Shown here in pieces: positions 42,250-44,739 of a DNA stretch of 44,739 bases; within the stretch, counting starts at the first letter, position 1, and every line of letters starts with the position of its first letter. The stretch lies in UHGV virus genome UHGV-0135379. One strand, given 5' to 3'. The notes beneath the pieces were generated by a model that saw only the letters and a list, made by a program, of their open reading frames with translations, was not told where the DNA came from and did no database searches. Made by a program: the position numbers and the translations under genes. This DNA comes from a virus.

Positions 42250-42863
42250 CAGGCGGCCTCCAGTCTCGAGATAACCAGTAGCGCGGATGGTGCTGTACCC
42301 CATGCGGTTACGGTAGCCGCTTGCGGGTATACGCCGCCGAAGTTGCTTCCGGCGCTATCCCGCATAATCTGAACGGCAAAAGTCTGGCCTGCTGTTGGGT
42401 TAATAACAACGCGAGATTCAATCGGGATTGTGGTGTCCGCGCTTACCAGTTTCGTGGCGGCTGGTGAGCCGTACTGAGCGCCGTTTACTAAAATACGTGA
42501 TAGCAGGATTGACGTTCCGCTGGCACCTGTGCGGCCTGCCTGTAACTTGATGCGAACGGCGTAGTTACCGGCGGTGTTGAATGTAACCAGCCCCGCAGCA
42601 TTAATCATTACCGGGTCGGATGCACTACCCTGAGCTGCACCGAAAGTTAACTGCAATGCCGTATCTACCGCGGTAGGCGCTTGGGTTACCGTAGACGCGG
42701 CACGGAGAACTTCAACCTCTTTAACACCTGGAGTGGCGTAAATAGGTGAGTCAGCCATCTGTGTCATTACCTCGCGCAACGCTGCTGGGGTAATAAGCCC
42801 GGTAGTGTTATCGGGGGGGTTTGCGCCGATAAGAGTAAACATCTCTGATTTAGTCTTCGCCAT
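42249..42863 (-). CDS. Structural protein of unknown function (204 aa)
   Basis: In head-tail joining cluster; Ala/Thr/Gly-rich. Confidence 0.4.
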   Translation of the reverse strand: MAKTKSEMFTLIGANPPDNTTGLITPAALREVMTQMADSPIYATPGVKEVEVLRAASTVTQAPTAVDTALQLTFGAAQGSASDPVMINAAGLVTFNTAGNYAVRIKLQAGRTGASGTSILLSRILVNGAQYGSPAATKLVSADTTIPIESRVVINPTAGQTFAVQIMRDSAGSNFGGVYPQAATVTAWGTAPSALLVISRLEAA

Positions 42864-42865
42864 TT

Positions 42866-43378
42866 TTAACCCCGGTACACATTAAATGAGAAGCCGTTGT
42901 TAAGACCACCACACAGTAACGGGCGTAAGGCGTCGTCAGCGGCGGTAATCGCGGTTGTGGCCCCGCTGTTGCCGTTGTTGAAGTAGGTAACTGTTACCGC
43001 ACCCTCTACACGCTCGGTCTGCACGGAACGTCCATCGGAGTTAGCCCGAACATCAGTGCCCGCTCCATACGTAACAGCGGCGATTACCTGCGCCCGGATT
43101 AACTGCGGTGGGATAACATTATCAGCTACGGTGAAGCCGTTTAGTGTTGTTCCCGTACGCGGGTACGCCAGGGACTGCTCGGCGGACACACGGCGGCCGC
43201 ACATCTGCGGTTCTGCAAGCCCGACATAAGTAGCGCCGTTGCGCAAGGCTACTTCGGTGGCAGTATCGTCTTCCGGTAGCTCCAGGCCATAATTAGCCGC
43301 TAACGCGCGGGCGTCAGCCAGACTAACGTAACTGTCAGCGTTAGGTACTATCGACCCATCTTCCACGATTAGCGGCAT
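42866..43378 (-). CDS. Putative head-tail connector/adaptor (gp6-like)
   Basis: N-terminus LADARALAANYG...EDD resembles head-tail adaptor proteins; ATG with AGAGGA RBS. Confidence 0.45.
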   Translation of the reverse strand: MPLIVEDGSIVPNADSYVSLADARALAANYGLELPEDDTATEVALRNGATYVGLAEPQMCGRRVSAEQSLAYPRTGTTLNGFTVADNVIPPQLIRAQVIAAVTYGAGTDVRANSDGRSVQTERVEGAVTVTYFNNGNSGATTAITAADDALRPLLCGGLNNGFSFNVYRG

Positions 43379-43381
43379 AAA

Positions 43382-43561
43382 TTATTCCTCTGACTTACGG
43401 CGACGTCGCTTAGTACCACCACCGTTGTTGTGCGCTTCTTCGTTGTCCGGTTGTGTTGCAACCAGTTCTTCCGCTTCTACCGCACCGCGAACAGGCATCA
43501 CCTGACCGTCAACAACATCAACGTGGGTGTACTTTTCGCGGATTACATAATTATCTGCCAT
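43382..43561 (-). CDS. Hypothetical small protein with basic C-terminus (59 aa)
   Basis: ATG ORF just under the 60-aa track cutoff; AAGGAAAGG RBS. Confidence 0.35.
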   Translation of the reverse strand: MADNYVIREKYTHVDVVDGQVMPVRGAVEAEELVATQPDNEEAHNNGGGTKRRRRKSEE

Positions 43562-43597
43562 GACCTTTCCTTATTACGGCCCCGAAGGGCCGTTGTA

Positions 43598-43948
43598 TTA
43601 AGACACAGTTGCTACAGTGCTGCTGGAGATAATATTACCATACACATCGTGAACAACCACTTTATACGTACCGGAATCGGTAGTAGCGAGCGAAGTTTTC
43701 TCGTAGGTGGCGGCGGTAGCGCCTGGGATAGCGTTGTTATCTTTGTACCACTGGTATGTGTACGGGGCCAGACCGCCAGTTACGGCTACGGTAAGAGTCA
43801 TCGTCTGCCCCGTAGACTTGGTAGTGGTAGCGGCAAGTGCGGTAGAAAAAGATGCGGGCGAGATATTCGCCATATCGATTTCAACCTGACCATCGGCAGG
43901 AGAATCATCAGAAACACCAGTAATACGACGTTTGATTACATCAACCAT
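43598..43948 (-). CDS. Ig-like (Big-type) domain protein, candidate capsid decoration or surface protein
   Basis: Paralogous to the Ig-like part of 2825-3283; ATG with AAGGAG RBS. Confidence 0.6.
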   Translation of the reverse strand: MVDVIKRRITGVSDDSPADGQVEIDMANISPASFSTALAATTTKSTGQTMTLTVAVTGGLAPYTYQWYKDNNAIPGATAATYEKTSLATTDSGTYKVVVHDVYGNIISSSTVATVS

Positions 43949-43960
43949 TTTTAAGCTCCT

Positions 43961-44259
43961 TTAGCTTACAGTTCCTGCATTTTTAAGCGCAGTCAACAGA
44001 TTTGCTACGGTAGTGCGCAGCGCGGTTACATCAGTTCGAAGTTTGTTGTACTCGGCTACAAGGGCATCGAACTCGGTCTTAGTCGGGTCCGCAGCGGACT
44101 GCGACCCGGCGGCAGCGGTAATGGCCGCGGGGCGGCTACAGTAGCTGACTTTTTAACCCCACCAACTACGCTGGTAGTAGCCGGCGTTACTGGGATGTCA
44201 AAGTCGCCGAAGTCGACATTCTGAAGGCTGCGAGGCAAGCCTTTTCCGGTCTTAGCCAT
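43961..44259 (-). CDS. Small capsid-proximal protein needing a -1 shift at an A5 run (about 44150-44154) to join its two halves
   Basis: ATG at 44259 with AAGAGG RBS; frame 1 ends in Pro/Arg-rich junk at 44056, while the -1 frame continues as an amphipathic-helix peptide to a stop just before the next RBS. Confidence 0.4.
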
Positions 44260-44269
44260 AATTTACCTC

Positions 44270-44302
44270 TTAGTAAATGAAAAGAGGGACCGAAGTCCCT
44301 CT
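44270..44302 (-). terminator. Terminator or attenuator hairpin immediately after the major capsid gene
   Basis: 7-bp GC stem followed by TTTTCATTT on the minus strand. Confidence 0.5.
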
Positions 44303-44318
44303 CGATTATATCTTAACC

Positions 44319-44739
44319 TTAAGCCCCGACACCAGTTACCAGGAAGGCAATCGGTACATGCTTACGGTCAACCACACGGTTCCAGTTGGAAGCGTTCGCC
44401 AGGTCCTGCCAGGAAGCAGAGCGGGCGATAGTCTCGGTGCCGTTGCCGGTGATTACAGTGCTGGTGAAACTGTAACCAAACGGATGCAGCAACCAGGTCT
44501 TACGGGTCCACAGGGTTTCGACACCACCACCGTTACCGCGAGACGCTTCGCGCTCGTATTCCAGCGGGTTTGACGGAGAACCTTCGCCGTAACCGATAGC
44601 ACCGTTGCCGAAGATGATGGAGATGAACTTACGGCTGTTGTCAGTTCCGACTACGGTCATGCTGTCGTCAACAATCACACGATAGCCCTGGTAGGTGGCG
44701 AACATGGTGTTGTTGTCAGCGTCGCGAATGAAGTCGATA
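44319..44739 (-). CDS. Major capsid protein, C-terminal part (continues in frame from the window start)
   Basis: Frame open to the last base of the window; positions 2,1 plus 44739 form one codon (CTT) linking both parts into a 349-aa protein. Confidence 0.7.
   Translation of the reverse strand, partial: IDFIRDADNNTMFATYQGYRVIVDDSMTVVGTDNSRKFISIIFGNGAIGYGEGSPSNPLEYEREASRGNGGGVETLWTRKTWLLHPFGYSFTSTVITGNGTETIARSASWQDLANASNWNRVVDRKHVPIAFLVTGVGA

Noticed and set aside
1-44739. tRNA genes or CRISPR arrays
   Set aside because: No cloverleaf-like or T-loop GTTCRA motifs were seen in intergenic regions and no regularly spaced direct repeats; tRNAscan-SE and a CRISPR finder would be needed to be sure.
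1-44739. Integrase, excisionase-integrase pair or other lysogeny module
   Set aside because: No tyrosine or serine recombinase-like ORF recognised by eye, so the phage is treated as lytic despite the Cro-like regulator; an HMM search could overturn this.

Overview
The window reads as a complete, circularly closed ~44.7-kb tailed dsDNA phage genome: the two window ends join in frame inside the major capsid gene. It looks like a lytic siphovirus-type phage (GC about 50%, probably an enterobacterial host; no integrase or partition genes seen). All calls are by eye from the sequence and the ORF track; no searches were run, so family assignments are from motifs and memory and coordinates of non-coding motifs may be off by 1-2 nt. 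Layout: (1) minus strand 14.0 -> 8.0 kb: small early-type ORFs with an embedded lysis cassette (holin, 2-TM partner, HNH endonuclease, endolysin); (2) minus strand 7.9 kb -> 1 and wrapping to 44.7 -> 39.9 kb: terS, terL, portal, Mu F-like head protein, Ig-like protein, overlapping spanin pair, scaffold, capsid, head-tail joining genes, major tail protein; (3) minus strand 37.3 -> 27.4 kb: G/GT chaperones, tape measure, distal tail proteins, J-like tip protein, tailspike; (4) plus strand 14.5 - 27.3 kb: replication block (HTH protein, primase-polymerase/helicase, Cro-like divergent switch, PD-(D/E)XK exonuclease, gp2.5-like SSB, family A DNA polymerase, Zn-ribbon HNH, VRR-NUC, SNF2 helicase, TOPRIM protein); (5) three plus-strand accessory inserts inside the late region: a lipoprotein moron (2.3-2.7 kb), a 63-aa moron (4.4-4.6 kb) and a 4-gene island (37.4-39.9 kb: Imm-like membrane protein, HTH-fused metallophosphoesterase, T4 Pnkp-like HAD phosphatase, T4 gp1-like P-loop kinase). 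The most interesting signals are that island, a 14-bp palindrome AATAG-N4-CTATT embedded in at least 9 sigma70-like promoters, and two diverged copies of a ~150-bp structured non-coding element sharing a perfect 51-bp core.
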